Source: a virus
Lineage: Duplodnaviria; Caudoviricetes
DNA length: 64,000 nt
Virus record (IMG/VR): IMGVR_UViG_649633004_000004
Coordinates: 2,833 to 66,832 of that record
Strand: one strand, 5' to 3'
The position numbers and the translations under genes were made by a program. Each line of letters starts with the position of its first letter. Position 1 is the first letter of the stretch. Under the pieces are notes generated by a model that was not told the origin of the DNA, did no database searches, and saw only the letters and a list, made by a program, of their open reading frames with translations. Of the stretch, positions 9,061 to 17,747 are shown piece after piece.

Positions 9061-9684
9061 CTATCGACTGACCCTGCGCTGCCGCAGGCCCATCATTCCC
9101 AGCAGGCCTACGCCGATAAGGGCAAGCGATCCAGGCTCTGGAACTTCGTACCACACGCCTGTGAAAAATTGCCTACGGCTATATATGCTGTCGGAGCCGT
9201 AGAAGCCGCTCCAGAGCCCGGAGCCATCCGACCACATATCAACCTGGTCGGAATCGTTCAGTATGTAAAGGCTACCGAGAAGTATGTCGAGGAGGTTGTC
9301 GGAAAAGAAGTTGGCATTCACGCGGCAAATGCGAGGCCCAGACCAACCGAAACAGTATTCGGCGTCCAAATCTACCATCGTCCCGACGCGCTCAAAGTTT
9401 GTGTATGTGACGCCGGAGTTGTAGTAACTCCCCTCGTGGTAGGCGCCGCCGCCGTACCAATCCGTTCTGATTTGAAGTTCGCCAGCACTGCCAGAAAGAC
9501 CGACGCGAAGCCCGTCCACGTCGTCAAGACCGAACGTCCCGCCACAGATCGGTCCCACGACCTCACCTGTGGCAATGATCCTGCACTCGTTCGTCAGCGT
9601 CTTGAATTCGTACACTGAGGCGCTCGCCTGCCCAGGCATGGCGGATGCGGCCAGTAGCGCGATGGTTGCAAGGGTCTTTTTCAT
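9061..9684 (-). CDS. Secreted PEP-CTERM sorting-domain protein
   Basis: Signal peptide MKKTLATIALLAASA; C-terminal VPEPGSLALIGVGLLGMMGLRQRR (PEP + TM + basic tail). Confidence 0.85.
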   Translation of the reverse strand: MKKTLATIALLAASAMPGQASASVYEFKTLTNECRIIATGEVVGPICGGTFGLDDVDGLRVGLSGSAGELQIRTDWYGGGAYHEGSYYNSGVTYTNFERVGTMVDLDAEYCFGWSGPRICRVNANFFSDNLLDILLGSLYILNDSDQVDMWSDGSGLWSGFYGSDSIYSRRQFFTGVWYEVPEPGSLALIGVGLLGMMGLRQRRVSR

Positions 9685-9846
9685 TTCGTCTCCTCTCGCC
9701 AGCATCAAGGCCTGCCAGCTTGGCCTGGAATCTAGCGGTAGAGCTCACGCTGGTCGTTATTGATTTTGTGGCCTGCCAGGTTGTCAGTGCTGCAAGTCAA
9801 TGACTAGGCAGAGTATGGCGGCTGCGGTAACGAGCGGACCTGGATC

Positions 9847-10461
9847 TCATGGTTTGGTACTGCCGCAAGCCTTAGTGATCTGCGCCTTGGTAATACCTGC
9901 GGCTTGCATTCTGGCTTGCAGTTCCGGGGAGCACAGGATGGAGCGCTCCGCCACCGGAGCGACAACAGCAGGCGCTGGCGTCGGAGCTGGAGCGTTCTCG
10001 GGCGTCGGGCAGCCGGCAAGAATGTTGTCGTAGGCCGCAGCTGCCCCAGTCATGTCAAGCTCGAAGTCCTGGATGCCAGACACGAGGGTGAGAACCTGCC
10101 CGCGAAGCCTGGTGGATGCAAGCGCAGATCGGAACTCTTCGCCCTCAAGAATCACTGTGCGTACGTCCTTCTCCATCTTTGTTGCGAGCCGCATGCCGCG
10201 CGGCGGCGCGTCATCAAAGCGCAGAGTCACAGACGAGATTCCTCCGCGGATCGCGATGTACAAGCCATCGGAACCAAGCTGCTTTGTGAAATCCTGCTTA
10301 TGAATACCTGTGCAACTGACCTTATCGGTCATTTTGTCTATCTCCTGCAGCACGGTCCAACTGCCGGATGAAAACACTTGCTTGGCTGATTTAAGATCAG
10401 CGTGTGCAGTGGACAAAGTGGTCGCCGCAAGCGCAACAACAAAACATTTCTTCAGTTCCAT
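9847..10461 (-). CDS. Secreted hypothetical protein
   Basis: Signal peptide ending AHA|D; GGAGAG-type RBS; Pro/Ala linker near the C-terminus. Confidence 0.7.
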   Translation of the reverse strand: MELKKCFVVALAATTLSTAHADLKSAKQVFSSGSWTVLQEIDKMTDKVSCTGIHKQDFTKQLGSDGLYIAIRGGISSVTLRFDDAPPRGMRLATKMEKDVRTVILEGEEFRSALASTRLRGQVLTLVSGIQDFELDMTGAAAAYDNILAGCPTPENAPAPTPAPAVVAPVAERSILCSPELQARMQAAGITKAQITKACGSTKP

Positions 10462-10471
10462 TCCCTCTCTC

Positions 10472-10670
10472 CTATAGCCCGCCTTCGCCGGCAACGTGAA
10501 CAATTCGGCCAATAATCCTGATGTGCTCCATTTCGCTAGGCTGCACTTCGATTTCTGGATACTTCGTGTTGTCAGACTGAATGCGAAGAACACCACCAGG
10601 CAGGCGGTACAGGCGTTTTACGCGCTCTCCGCCGTCGTACCACAGCGCGTAAATTTGCAGGGCACCAGCT
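10472..10670 (-). pseudogene. C-terminal remnant of a second S24 (LexA/cI-type) peptidase domain
   Basis: IYALWYDGGERVKRLYRLPGGVLRIQSDNTKYPEIEV...IIGRIV; no plausible start or HTH. Confidence 0.7.
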
Positions 10671-10686
10671 ACCCCATCTTGTCCCC

Positions 10687-11397
10687 CTATGTGCGGCTCA
10701 AGCCGCCCAGTGAAGCATCCACCACCACCCCGCACCACACGTCGCCGGGCTGCATGGGTAGGTACTTGAGTTCCTTCGGCCAATCGGGATTGATGGCCTC
10801 CAGGTACGGATGGCCGTCGATCATGACGAATTTTTTGAAGGTCGCCTCGCCCGTCCCCTCGCGCCGCACGATCACGAAGTCACCCGGCACCGCGTCCAAG
10901 TGCGCCCTGACATGCAAGACCATGCCCTCGGGGAAGCTGAGTCTCGCGCCGGGGTTTTCCATGGATTTGCCTCGGACGCGCAGCATGTAGCCGCACTCGC
11001 CCAGGTCCTTGGTTGATGGCAGCCAGTCCTCGGCATCGCCGCGGGCGAAGTTGTCACACAGCTCAGTCCACATGCCGGCTTGCACCTCGGAGATCAGGGG
11101 ATACAGGCCACGGATGGCGGGGCCTTCGGTGATGTTGCTTTCTTCACGGGGGCCGGCCAGCAGCCCCAAGCGCGCCAGCTCGGCGCGCGCCTTGTCGGCG
11201 TCGAAAAACGCGGCCACGTCCACCTGCAGGAAGTCAGCCAACGGCTGCAAGGTGGCGCGCCGTGGCTCATTGACCTTCCGCTCCAGGTAGCGGTGCACCG
11301 TGGACTGGAGCGACGGATTTCCGCTCTTGGCGCCAAGGGCATGGGGGTTCAGGCCGCGCGCGTCCATTACCGCTTTCAAAAAGGTTCTTCCGTCCAT
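10687..11397 (-). CDS. cI: cI-like repressor (HTH + S24 autopeptidase)
   Basis: N-terminal HTH; AG cleavage site in VQAG; VRGKSM (Ser) and ATFKK (Lys) catalytic motifs; divergent from cro. Confidence 0.9.
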   Translation of the reverse strand: MDGRTFLKAVMDARGLNPHALGAKSGNPSLQSTVHRYLERKVNEPRRATLQPLADFLQVDVAAFFDADKARAELARLGLLAGPREESNITEGPAIRGLYPLISEVQAGMWTELCDNFARGDAEDWLPSTKDLGECGYMLRVRGKSMENPGARLSFPEGMVLHVRAHLDAVPGDFVIVRREGTGEATFKKFVMIDGHPYLEAINPDWPKELKYLPMQPGDVWCGVVVDASLGGLSRT

Positions 11398-11406
11398 GGC
11401 GGGACT

Positions 11407-11462
11407 ATGCATTAACGCGTAATGCAAAAATGCCTTGCTTTCTATGCAGTTGTGCATAGAAT
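11407..11462. promoter_or_regulatory. OR operators / PR promoter
   Basis: TCTATGCAGTTGTGCATAGA palindrome (11441-11460), degenerate copies at 11422 and 11407; TTGCTT (11435) and TAGAAT (11457). Confidence 0.75.
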
Positions 11463-11470
11463 GTGGGGGT

Positions 11471-11689
11471 ATGCAAAGCATTTCAGAAATCCTCCGCGGC
11501 TTGCGCGAGACGCTCTCGCAGTCGGAGATCGCCCGCCGCACCGGCATCAGCCAGTCGAAGCTGTCTCGCTGGGAGTCCGGTGAGATTGCTGCTGGCGCTG
11601 ACGACGCGCTCAAGTTGCTGGCGCTGGCCAAGCACCCCACCCCCAAGAAACAAGCCCCCCAGGGGCACAAGGAGGCCGCTCATGGATAA
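11471..11689 (+). CDS. cro: Cro-like HTH repressor
   Basis: LSQSEIARRTGISQSKLSRWESG HTH, divergent from cI. Confidence 0.85.
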   Translation: MQSISEILRGLRETLSQSEIARRTGISQSKLSRWESGEIAAGADDALKLLALAKHPTPKKQAPQGHKEAAHG

Positions 11690-11712
11690 GGCGACCTCCA
11701 ACATGGTTGCCG

Positions 11713-11958
11713 CTATTGATCGCGCTTTGCAACGGTTGAAAGCAGGCCGAGGTATGCATCCAGAACCTGATCCTGAACAGCAAGCGTTTCCTCTGGCGTC
11801 GAGTAGTCCACAAGATCGCGAAATGAGTGTCGCTCCACGGCAAGACCTGCTGCCGCTTGCGCCGCCTGCGAAGGGGTCAGCACAGTGACCAATTGCGCGA
11901 GCACTTGGTTTAGTGCCTCTATTTTTCCGTCCAGCGCCTCTGCTGAGATTCCGTTCAT
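11713..11958 (-). CDS. Small antisense-oriented hypothetical protein
   Basis: AGGAGG RBS before MNGISAEALDGK. Confidence 0.55.
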   Translation of the reverse strand: MNGISAEALDGKIEALNQVLAQLVTVLTPSQAAQAAAGLAVERHSFRDLVDYSTPEETLAVQDQVLDAYLGLLSTVAKRDQ

Positions 11959-12117
11959 GTCTGCCCTCCTTATGGCTGATGGTTGTGTAAGCGACTCCAT
12001 CGTAAGCCAGGGCAGGGCGGGCACCCATGCCCGTGAGCGCGGGCGTTTTTCTGTTCGTGTGCATGGCCTCCATTGTTTGGCCTGCCTCTGATAACCGGTG
12101 ATATGGAGCGATACGAA

Positions 12118-12486
12118 ATGCCATCAGCAGTTATCCAGCCGGCCCAGCTCACCCTGAATTTCGAGCCGGGCCTGATTGATCGGTACGGTTCCCTGCGTGA
12201 ATGCGTGGCTACGGGCGTTTACCAGCGCGGACTCAAGCGAGTTGCCATCGACCTCGACCAGGCTCCGAGCAACCTGTCTGTGCAACTCTCCGAGGACACG
12301 TCGCGCCATTTCAGCGTGGACAGCCTGGAGCGCTATATCGAGAAGACCGGCGACAAGACCCCAGTGCTGTACCTCGTGGAGCGCTTCCTGGCGCCCGAGT
12401 TGCAGAACAAGGGCATCAAGCAGGTCGAGGCCATGAAGGCCCAACTGCAGGCCATGCTGCAGCAACTGGATGGGGTGGTGCAATGA
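12118..12486 (+). CDS. CII-like regulatory protein
   Basis: GLKRVAIDLDQAPSNLSVQL HTH-like segment; position after cro. Confidence 0.6.
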   Translation: MPSAVIQPAQLTLNFEPGLIDRYGSLRECVATGVYQRGLKRVAIDLDQAPSNLSVQLSEDTSRHFSVDSLERYIEKTGDKTPVLYLVERFLAPELQNKGIKQVEAMKAQLQAMLQQLDGVVQ

Positions 12487-12674
12487 CCAAGAAGCCCACC
12501 AAAGTCCTCTCCATCAACGGCCGCAAGGCCGCGACCCTTGCTCCAGCGGGGCTGCCAAAGCTCACTCGCGCGCAGTTCGCAGTGCCTGTGAATGGCCCCA
12601 TCACAAACGCATCCATGCCCAACGCCCCGCAGGGCTACGCATGGCCGTGGCTGGCTACGCCGCCGAGGGGATGA
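12483..12674 (+). CDS. Phage hypothetical protein
   Basis: ATGA-coupled small ORF. Confidence 0.45.
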   Translation: MTKKPTKVLSINGRKAATLAPAGLPKLTRAQFAVPVNGPITNASMPNAPQGYAWPWLATPPRG

Positions 12675-12675
12675 C

Positions 12676-12876
12676 ATGCACTCCGAGCAGGACGCCCGCA
12701 TTGCCGGGCTGATCGATGAGCGCCGCAAGGTTGCCGCCCGCCTTGCTGATCTGGACATGCAGATCGCCCAGGCCGTTGGCGACCGCGAAGGCATGCGTCG
12801 CGCACAGCGCGAGATGTACGCGCAGGTCGAGGCGCGCAAGGCTGCGCGGTTCGCGGCGTGGGAAGCGAGTCACTGA
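12676..12876 (+). CDS. Phage hypothetical protein
   Basis: GAGG RBS; coupled to the replication gene. Confidence 0.5.
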   Translation: MHSEQDARIAGLIDERRKVAARLADLDMQIAQAVGDREGMRRAQREMYAQVEARKAARFAAWEASH

Positions 12877-13781
12877 TGGCTAATCAATGGCTTCGCCTGT
12901 GGCACGACATGCCCACCGATCCCAAGTGGCGGACTATTGCGCGCCACGCAAAGCAGCCCATCAGCCTAGTACAGGCTGTGTATCTCCACCTCCTTGTTGA
13001 TGCGTCACGCAATGTCACGCGCGGTCACGCGACTGTCACGTACGAAGATTTGGCGAGTGCGCTGGACTGTGACGAACAGCAGATTTCGGCGATCTTGGAG
13101 GCCATGCAGGGGCGCGTTCTGGATGGTATGCGGCTGGTCGGATGGGACAAGCGCCAGCCGAAACGCGAGGATTCCGGCGACGATGAGCGTGGCGTGAAGT
13201 CCGCAGCGCAGCGCAAGAAGGAGCAGCGCCAGCGAGAAGATAATGCTATGAATTCAGTAGTGGAAACGGTGTTTGATGACATGCGTGACACGAAAGACGA
13301 TGCGCAATGTCACGCGGTGTCACGCAATGTCCCGCTAGATAAAGATACAGATACAGATAAAGAAGAACCTAACGGTTCTTCGTCGCCAGCATCGCTGACG
13401 ACGGACCATGGCCAGCAGCATCACGCAGCGTCACGCGATGTCACGCCGCCGTGCCCGCACATCCGGCTGATTGAGCTTTTTGGCGAACTGCTGCCGTCGC
13501 TGCCGCAGCCGAAGCCGGAACTGTGGACGGGCAAGTCCGCAGACGCGATGCGGGCGCGGTGGAAGTGGCTGCTGACAGCCAGGCGCAAGAACGGTCAGCG
13601 TTACGCCACTACGACCGAGGAGGGCATCTCCTGGATGGTCCGGTTCTTCGAGTACGTCGGCAAGTCGGACTTCCTGATGGGCCGGCGCGGCGAATTTCAA
13701 TGCACCCTGCAATGGCTGGTGAAGGCTGAGAACTTCTCGAAGGTCATCCAGGGCAACTACGACAACCGGGAGGCGGGATGA
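12876..13781 (+). CDS. Phage replication initiator / replisome organiser
   Basis: MANQWLRLWHDMPTDPKWRTIAR N-terminus, DKDTDTDKE linker, WLVKAENFSKVIQGNY C-terminus; internal iterons; precedes DnaB. Confidence 0.85.
   Translation: MANQWLRLWHDMPTDPKWRTIARHAKQPISLVQAVYLHLLVDASRNVTRGHATVTYEDLASALDCDEQQISAILEAMQGRVLDGMRLVGWDKRQPKREDSGDDERGVKSAAQRKKEQRQREDNAMNSVVETVFDDMRDTKDDAQCHAVSRNVPLDKDTDTDKEEPNGSSSPASLTTDHGQQHHAASRDVTPPCPHIRLIELFGELLPSLPQPKPELWTGKSADAMRARWKWLLTARRKNGQRYATTTEEGISWMVRFFEYVGKSDFLMGRRGEFQCTLQWLVKAENFSKVIQGNYDNREAG
13004..13446. repeat. GTCACGC iteron clusters (probable phage origin)
   Basis: Clusters at 13004-13040, 13309-13335 and 13420-13446 with ~10-bp phasing; A-rich tract at 13337-13367. 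Confidence 0.65.
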
Positions 13782-15163
13782 ACCGCGATGAGTACGCAGA
13801 GGCGTTGATGCACGCCCTGGAGGCCGAGGCATGCGTGATCGGAGCGCTGCTGCTGGACAACGGAAGTTGGGATCGCCTTGGCGACAAGCTGCGCCCCGAG
13901 CACTTCCACGACGACAAGCACCGCATGGTGTTCGCCGAGATCGCCCGCCAGTTGGGTGCGGGCAAGCCCTGCGACGTGGTGACCGTGGCCACCGCCTTGG
14001 GCGACCGGATCACGTTGCAGGACGTGCATGAGCTGGCCCAGTACGTGCCCAGCGCGGCCAACCTGCGCCGGCATGCGGAGCTGGTCATCGAGCGCTTCAA
14101 GTCCCGGCAGCTGCAGGCGGTGAGCGCGCAGCTCATGGAACTGAGCCAGGATCACGGCACCAGCATCGCCGACCGGGTGGACAGGGCGCAGGCCCAGCTC
14201 GGCAAGCTTATCGACGAAGCGCCACGCGATGAATGGGTCAGTGCCTACGAGGGCATGACCATCCACACCGGCGTGCTCGAAGCGCGCGCCGAGGGCACGA
14301 TCCGCGCCATGCCCACCGGGTTGCACGACCTGGACGAGTACTTGGAAGGCGGCCTTCGCCCTGGCGAGCTGGTGATCGTGGGAGCTCGACCGAGCATGGG
14401 CAAGACCGCGCTCGGGCTGACCATCGGCGTGCACATGGCGGCCGAGTACACCGTGGGCCTGCTGTCCATGGAGATGAGCCACAGCGAGGTGAACGACCGG
14501 CTGACGGCCATGCTGGGGCGCGTCAGCCTGTCGTCGGTGAAGCGGCCCGCGCGCGGTGAGGGGCTGGCCTGGGATCGGGTCATGGATGGCGTGGAGCACG
14601 CCAAGACACTGAACTTTCACACCTCGGACCAGGGCGGCCTGAACATCAACCAGGTCCGATCCAAGGCTCGCAACCTCAAGCGGGTGCATGGCCTAGACGT
14701 GCTGGTGGTGGACTACATCGGCTTGATGTCCGGCCTGGATGCCAAGGCCAACAGGAATATCCAGCTCGAAGAGATCTCGCGCGGGCTCAAGGGCTTGGCC
14801 AAGGAATTGAACATCTGCGTGCTGTGCCTGGCCCAGCTCAACCGCAAGAGCGAGGAGCGGCCCGAGCAGATGCCCATGATGAGCGACCTGCGCGACAGCG
14901 GCGCCATCGAGCAAGACGCCGACGTGATTGTGTTCATCAAGCGCCCGATCATGGCTAATCCAGACCTGGGGCCGGACTGGGAGCACTACGCGAAGCTGCG
15001 CGTGGCGAAAAACCGCCAGGGGCGCTGCGGAGACTTGCACCTGAGCTACACGGGAGAGCAGACCCGCTTCAGCGGGTGGGCTGGCCCTGCACCGAGCAAA
15101 TCCACACCTACCGTTCAGCGCGGGCCGGTGCGTCGCGGCATGGATGCGGGCGAGAGGTTCTGA
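13778..15163 (+). CDS. dnaB: DnaB-like replicative helicase
   Basis: GARPSMGKT, SMEMS, VVDYIGL, AQLNR, SDLRDSGAIEQDAD, KNRQG motifs. Confidence 0.95.
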   Translation: MNRDEYAEALMHALEAEACVIGALLLDNGSWDRLGDKLRPEHFHDDKHRMVFAEIARQLGAGKPCDVVTVATALGDRITLQDVHELAQYVPSAANLRRHAELVIERFKSRQLQAVSAQLMELSQDHGTSIADRVDRAQAQLGKLIDEAPRDEWVSAYEGMTIHTGVLEARAEGTIRAMPTGLHDLDEYLEGGLRPGELVIVGARPSMGKTALGLTIGVHMAAEYTVGLLSMEMSHSEVNDRLTAMLGRVSLSSVKRPARGEGLAWDRVMDGVEHAKTLNFHTSDQGGLNINQVRSKARNLKRVHGLDVLVVDYIGLMSGLDAKANRNIQLEEISRGLKGLAKELNICVLCLAQLNRKSEERPEQMPMMSDLRDSGAIEQDADVIVFIKRPIMANPDLGPDWEHYAKLRVAKNRQGRCGDLHLSYTGEQTRFSGWAGPAPSKSTPTVQRGPVRRGMDAGERF

Positions 15164-15166
15164 GCC

Positions 15167-15670
15167 ATGAAAGACCTCACGCTGAAGATGATCCATGACC
15201 GCTGCGATGAAGTGGTCGACTGCTGGATCTGGAAAGACGCCGTTGGCCAGCACGGCTATCCCATCATGCGCCGCCGTCCGGGCGGCTGCCAGCTGGTTCG
15301 CCGTGTAGTGGTGGCCCTGGATGGCCGTCCTGCGGCGGCACGCCAGCCCGTGACGTGTACCTGCGACGAAAAGCGCTGCTGCAACCCGGCACACCTGAAG
15401 CCGTCAACGCCCTCGGCCGTGGGCAAAGCCGCGGCGGCGAAAGGCAGCTTCTCCACCAAGGCGCGGGCGGCACGGATCGCGCAGTGGCGTCGCAGTTCTG
15501 GCGCGACCAAGCTGACGCTGGATCTCGTGCGCGAGATCCGGTCCAGCGAAGAGACAGGCCCGGTGCTGGCAGAGCGTTATGGCGTCAACCGCAGCCTGAT
15601 CGGCAGCATCCGCTGCGGCACCGCCTGGAAGGACTACAGCAACCCATTCTCTGGACTGGGAGGCCGGTGA
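15167..15670 (+). CDS. HNH-like/HTH protein
   Basis: CWIWKDA..GYP and CD..RCCNPAHL motifs; C-terminal LAERYGVNRSLIGSIR HTH. Confidence 0.65.
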   Translation: MKDLTLKMIHDRCDEVVDCWIWKDAVGQHGYPIMRRRPGGCQLVRRVVVALDGRPAAARQPVTCTCDEKRCCNPAHLKPSTPSAVGKAAAAKGSFSTKARAARIAQWRRSSGATKLTLDLVREIRSSEETGPVLAERYGVNRSLIGSIRCGTAWKDYSNPFSGLGGR

Positions 15671-15673
15671 TGT

Positions 15674-15868
15674 ATGGCCGAGTACGACAAGCAGGTGGCG
15701 CATCTGACCCGGTTGGCGCTGACGCCGGGATGGTGGCAGTACGCCCGGCGGCGGGCGCTGGAGCTGGAGGCGGACATGCCGGGGATCAGGGATGCCGTGC
15801 GCCAGCAGGTAGAGGCGTCTGGCTATCGACCGCCGCCGGAGGAGAGGGGGGAGTGGTGGCTGCCGTGA
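15674..15868 (+). CDS. Phage hypothetical protein
   Basis: Small ORF within the operon. Confidence 0.5.
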   Translation: MAEYDKQVAHLTRLALTPGWWQYARRRALELEADMPGIRDAVRQQVEASGYRPPPEERGEWWLP

Positions 15869-16200
15869 TGCTGCCATGGCCACCTAAGGAGTTGTCGCCC
15901 AATGCGCGAATCCACTGGAGCAAGCTCGCGCGCGCCAAGAAGGCCTACCGCGCCGCCTGCGCCTGGACGGCCACGGAGCAGGGCGCACAGCGCGTGGCGG
16001 CGGACAAGCTGCACCTGTCGCTTGAGTTCTACCCGCCGAACCGACGTGCGTTCGATCTGGACAACGCGCTCGCGCGCATGAAGTCCGGACTGGACGGGCT
16101 GGCCGACGTGCTGGGCGTGGATGACCGGCACTGGAGCCTGAGCATCGCCCGCGTCGAGGAGATTGGCGGTTACGTCAAGGTGGAGGTGCGCCGTGCCTGA
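15856..16200 (+). CDS. rusA: RusA-like Holliday junction resolvase
   Basis: LPWPPKELSPN, PPNRRAFDLDN..K..LDGL..DD motif. Confidence 0.8.
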   Translation: MAAVMLPWPPKELSPNARIHWSKLARAKKAYRAACAWTATEQGAQRVAADKLHLSLEFYPPNRRAFDLDNALARMKSGLDGLADVLGVDDRHWSLSIARVEEIGGYVKVEVRRA

Positions 16201-16714
16201 AATCGTTCTCGTGCGCCAGGAGCCAGCCCAGATCACCGAGCAGGATGCGGCCGTGGCGCGCCGCGTCATCTTCGGCATCGTGGACGGCCTGGGCGACAAA
16301 GGGCGCAAGCAGTGGCGCCGCCTGTGGAGCCGCATCATGGGCCTGGAGCCGGGCGAGATGATGGAGATCACCACGGTGCAGCCGCGCCTGGGCTGGTACC
16401 ACCGCAAGCACATGGCCCTGGAGCAGGCGGTTTTCGAAGCGCAGGAGCGGTTCGAGGACTTCGAGAGCTTCCGCACCTGGCTCAAGGTGGGCGCTGCGTT
16501 CGTGGATTGGTTTCCCGGGCCCAAGGGCGGCGTGATCCCAGTGCCGCGCTCGATCAGCTACGCAAAGCTGGAGCAGGGCGCCATGGAGCAGTTTCACAAC
16601 GACGCTGTGGCGTTCCTGCGCACCGAGCATGCCGGCCGCACGCTGTGGAAGCATCTGAGCGAGCGCCAGCGCATCGACATGATCGAGACGATCCTGGGGG
16701 GCTTCAACGAATGA
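16193..16714 (+). CDS. Nin-region protein (DUF1367-like)
   Basis: FESFRTWLKVGA...PRSISYAKL motif; GGAGG RBS. Confidence 0.65.
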   Translation: MPEIVLVRQEPAQITEQDAAVARRVIFGIVDGLGDKGRKQWRRLWSRIMGLEPGEMMEITTVQPRLGWYHRKHMALEQAVFEAQERFEDFESFRTWLKVGAAFVDWFPGPKGGVIPVPRSISYAKLEQGAMEQFHNDAVAFLRTEHAGRTLWKHLSERQRIDMIETILGGFNE

Positions 16715-17211
16715 TGCGGCGCACACCCCTTCGCTCGCGCAAAGACACCGCTGTCCGAGTGGACCGCGAGACGCTGCTGGCCGCGCGCGCCGCCCGCACC
16801 ATGGCCGAGGCCCGTCCGCGCGCCGCCACCATGGCAGATGCCGGCGCTGCTGCCCGGATCATCGAGAAGGCCAAGCCCTGGCGCAGCGAAGCGTACCGCC
16901 GTGCGGTGGCGAGCCTGCCGTGCGTGATCTGCGGAGTGCACGGCTACAGCCAGGCCGCGCATGGGTCGGAAGGCAAGGGCATGGGGATCAAGGCGTGCGA
17001 CACGACGCTGTTCCCCGCCTGTGCATCCAGGCCCGGCGTGCTGGGCTGCCACCACAAGCTGGACCAGGGCGCTTTGTTCACGAAGGCCGTACGCCGTGAG
17101 CTGGAGCCCGTCTGGGCCGCCGATACCCAGCGCCGCATTCACGCCATGGGCCTGTGGCCCGCAGGAGTTCCGTATCCGCATGAAGACCAAGGGAGCCACC
17201 GTGACAACTGA
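16711..17211 (+). CDS. Zn-binding putative nuclease (DUF968/NinG-like)
   Basis: VASLPCVICG..QAAH...KGMGIKACD..FPAC...CH motif. Confidence 0.65.
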   Translation: MMRRTPLRSRKDTAVRVDRETLLAARAARTMAEARPRAATMADAGAAARIIEKAKPWRSEAYRRAVASLPCVICGVHGYSQAAHGSEGKGMGIKACDTTLFPACASRPGVLGCHHKLDQGALFTKAVRRELEPVWAADTQRRIHAMGLWPAGVPYPHEDQGSHRDN

Positions 17212-17692
17212 AGTCCAAACGAAAGCCATCACCAGCACTCAGCGCATCTATGACGCCGTGTGCGAACTGCACGCCCTGGAGCAGGTTGTCACGCGCGAAA
17301 CGGTGGCAGAACTGACCGGAATCAAGTTGACCGTGGTGGACGACCGGCTGGGCGCCCTGGTGGACAACGAGAAGATCAAGCGCATCCTGCGCGGCGTATA
17401 CGTGCCGGTGGAGCGGCATCCTCCGGCGCGCGCCATCAGCAAGTCGGTCCTTCCCGATGGGATGGTGATGATCGAGATCGGGGACGAGGTCCTACACCTG
17501 ACACCGAGAGAGGACCGTGCGCTGGCGTTGGTGCAGTCCGGCGCCGCTACCCAGGCTGTGGCCATCGAGTCATCGCGCCAGACCTCCATGCTGGTGGCAG
17601 AGATGGCGGCCGAACTGCAGCGCATCAAGAGGGAGTACGCAGCGCTCAAGGCGCACAAGGAAGACTCTCTGCAGTTGGCCCTGGGCGTTTGA
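17201..17692 (+). CDS. Winged-helix protein, candidate late-gene activator
   Basis: VTRETVAELTGIKLTVVDDRLGALV...RGVYVP wHTH; last early gene, directly before the first late-promoter motif. Confidence 0.6.
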   Translation: MTTEVQTKAITSTQRIYDAVCELHALEQVVTRETVAELTGIKLTVVDDRLGALVDNEKIKRILRGVYVPVERHPPARAISKSVLPDGMVMIEIGDEVLHLTPREDRALALVQSGAATQAVAIESSRQTSMLVAEMAAELQRIKREYAALKAHKEDSLQLALGV

Positions 17693-17698
17693 ACGTCA

Positions 17699-17747
17699 CC
17701 CTGTATAGGGTTCGACGCTGAGTCAGCATGCCGGAAAACTCCCGGAC
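17699..17747 (+). promoter_or_regulatory. Late promoter motif copy 1 (terminase small subunit)
   Basis: CCCTGTATAGGGTTCGAC...GGAAAACT-N7-ATG. Confidence 0.7.

Noticed and set aside
10687-11670. 327-aa version of cI
   Set aside because: The extension overlaps cro and the operators; the HTH begins at the ATG at 11397
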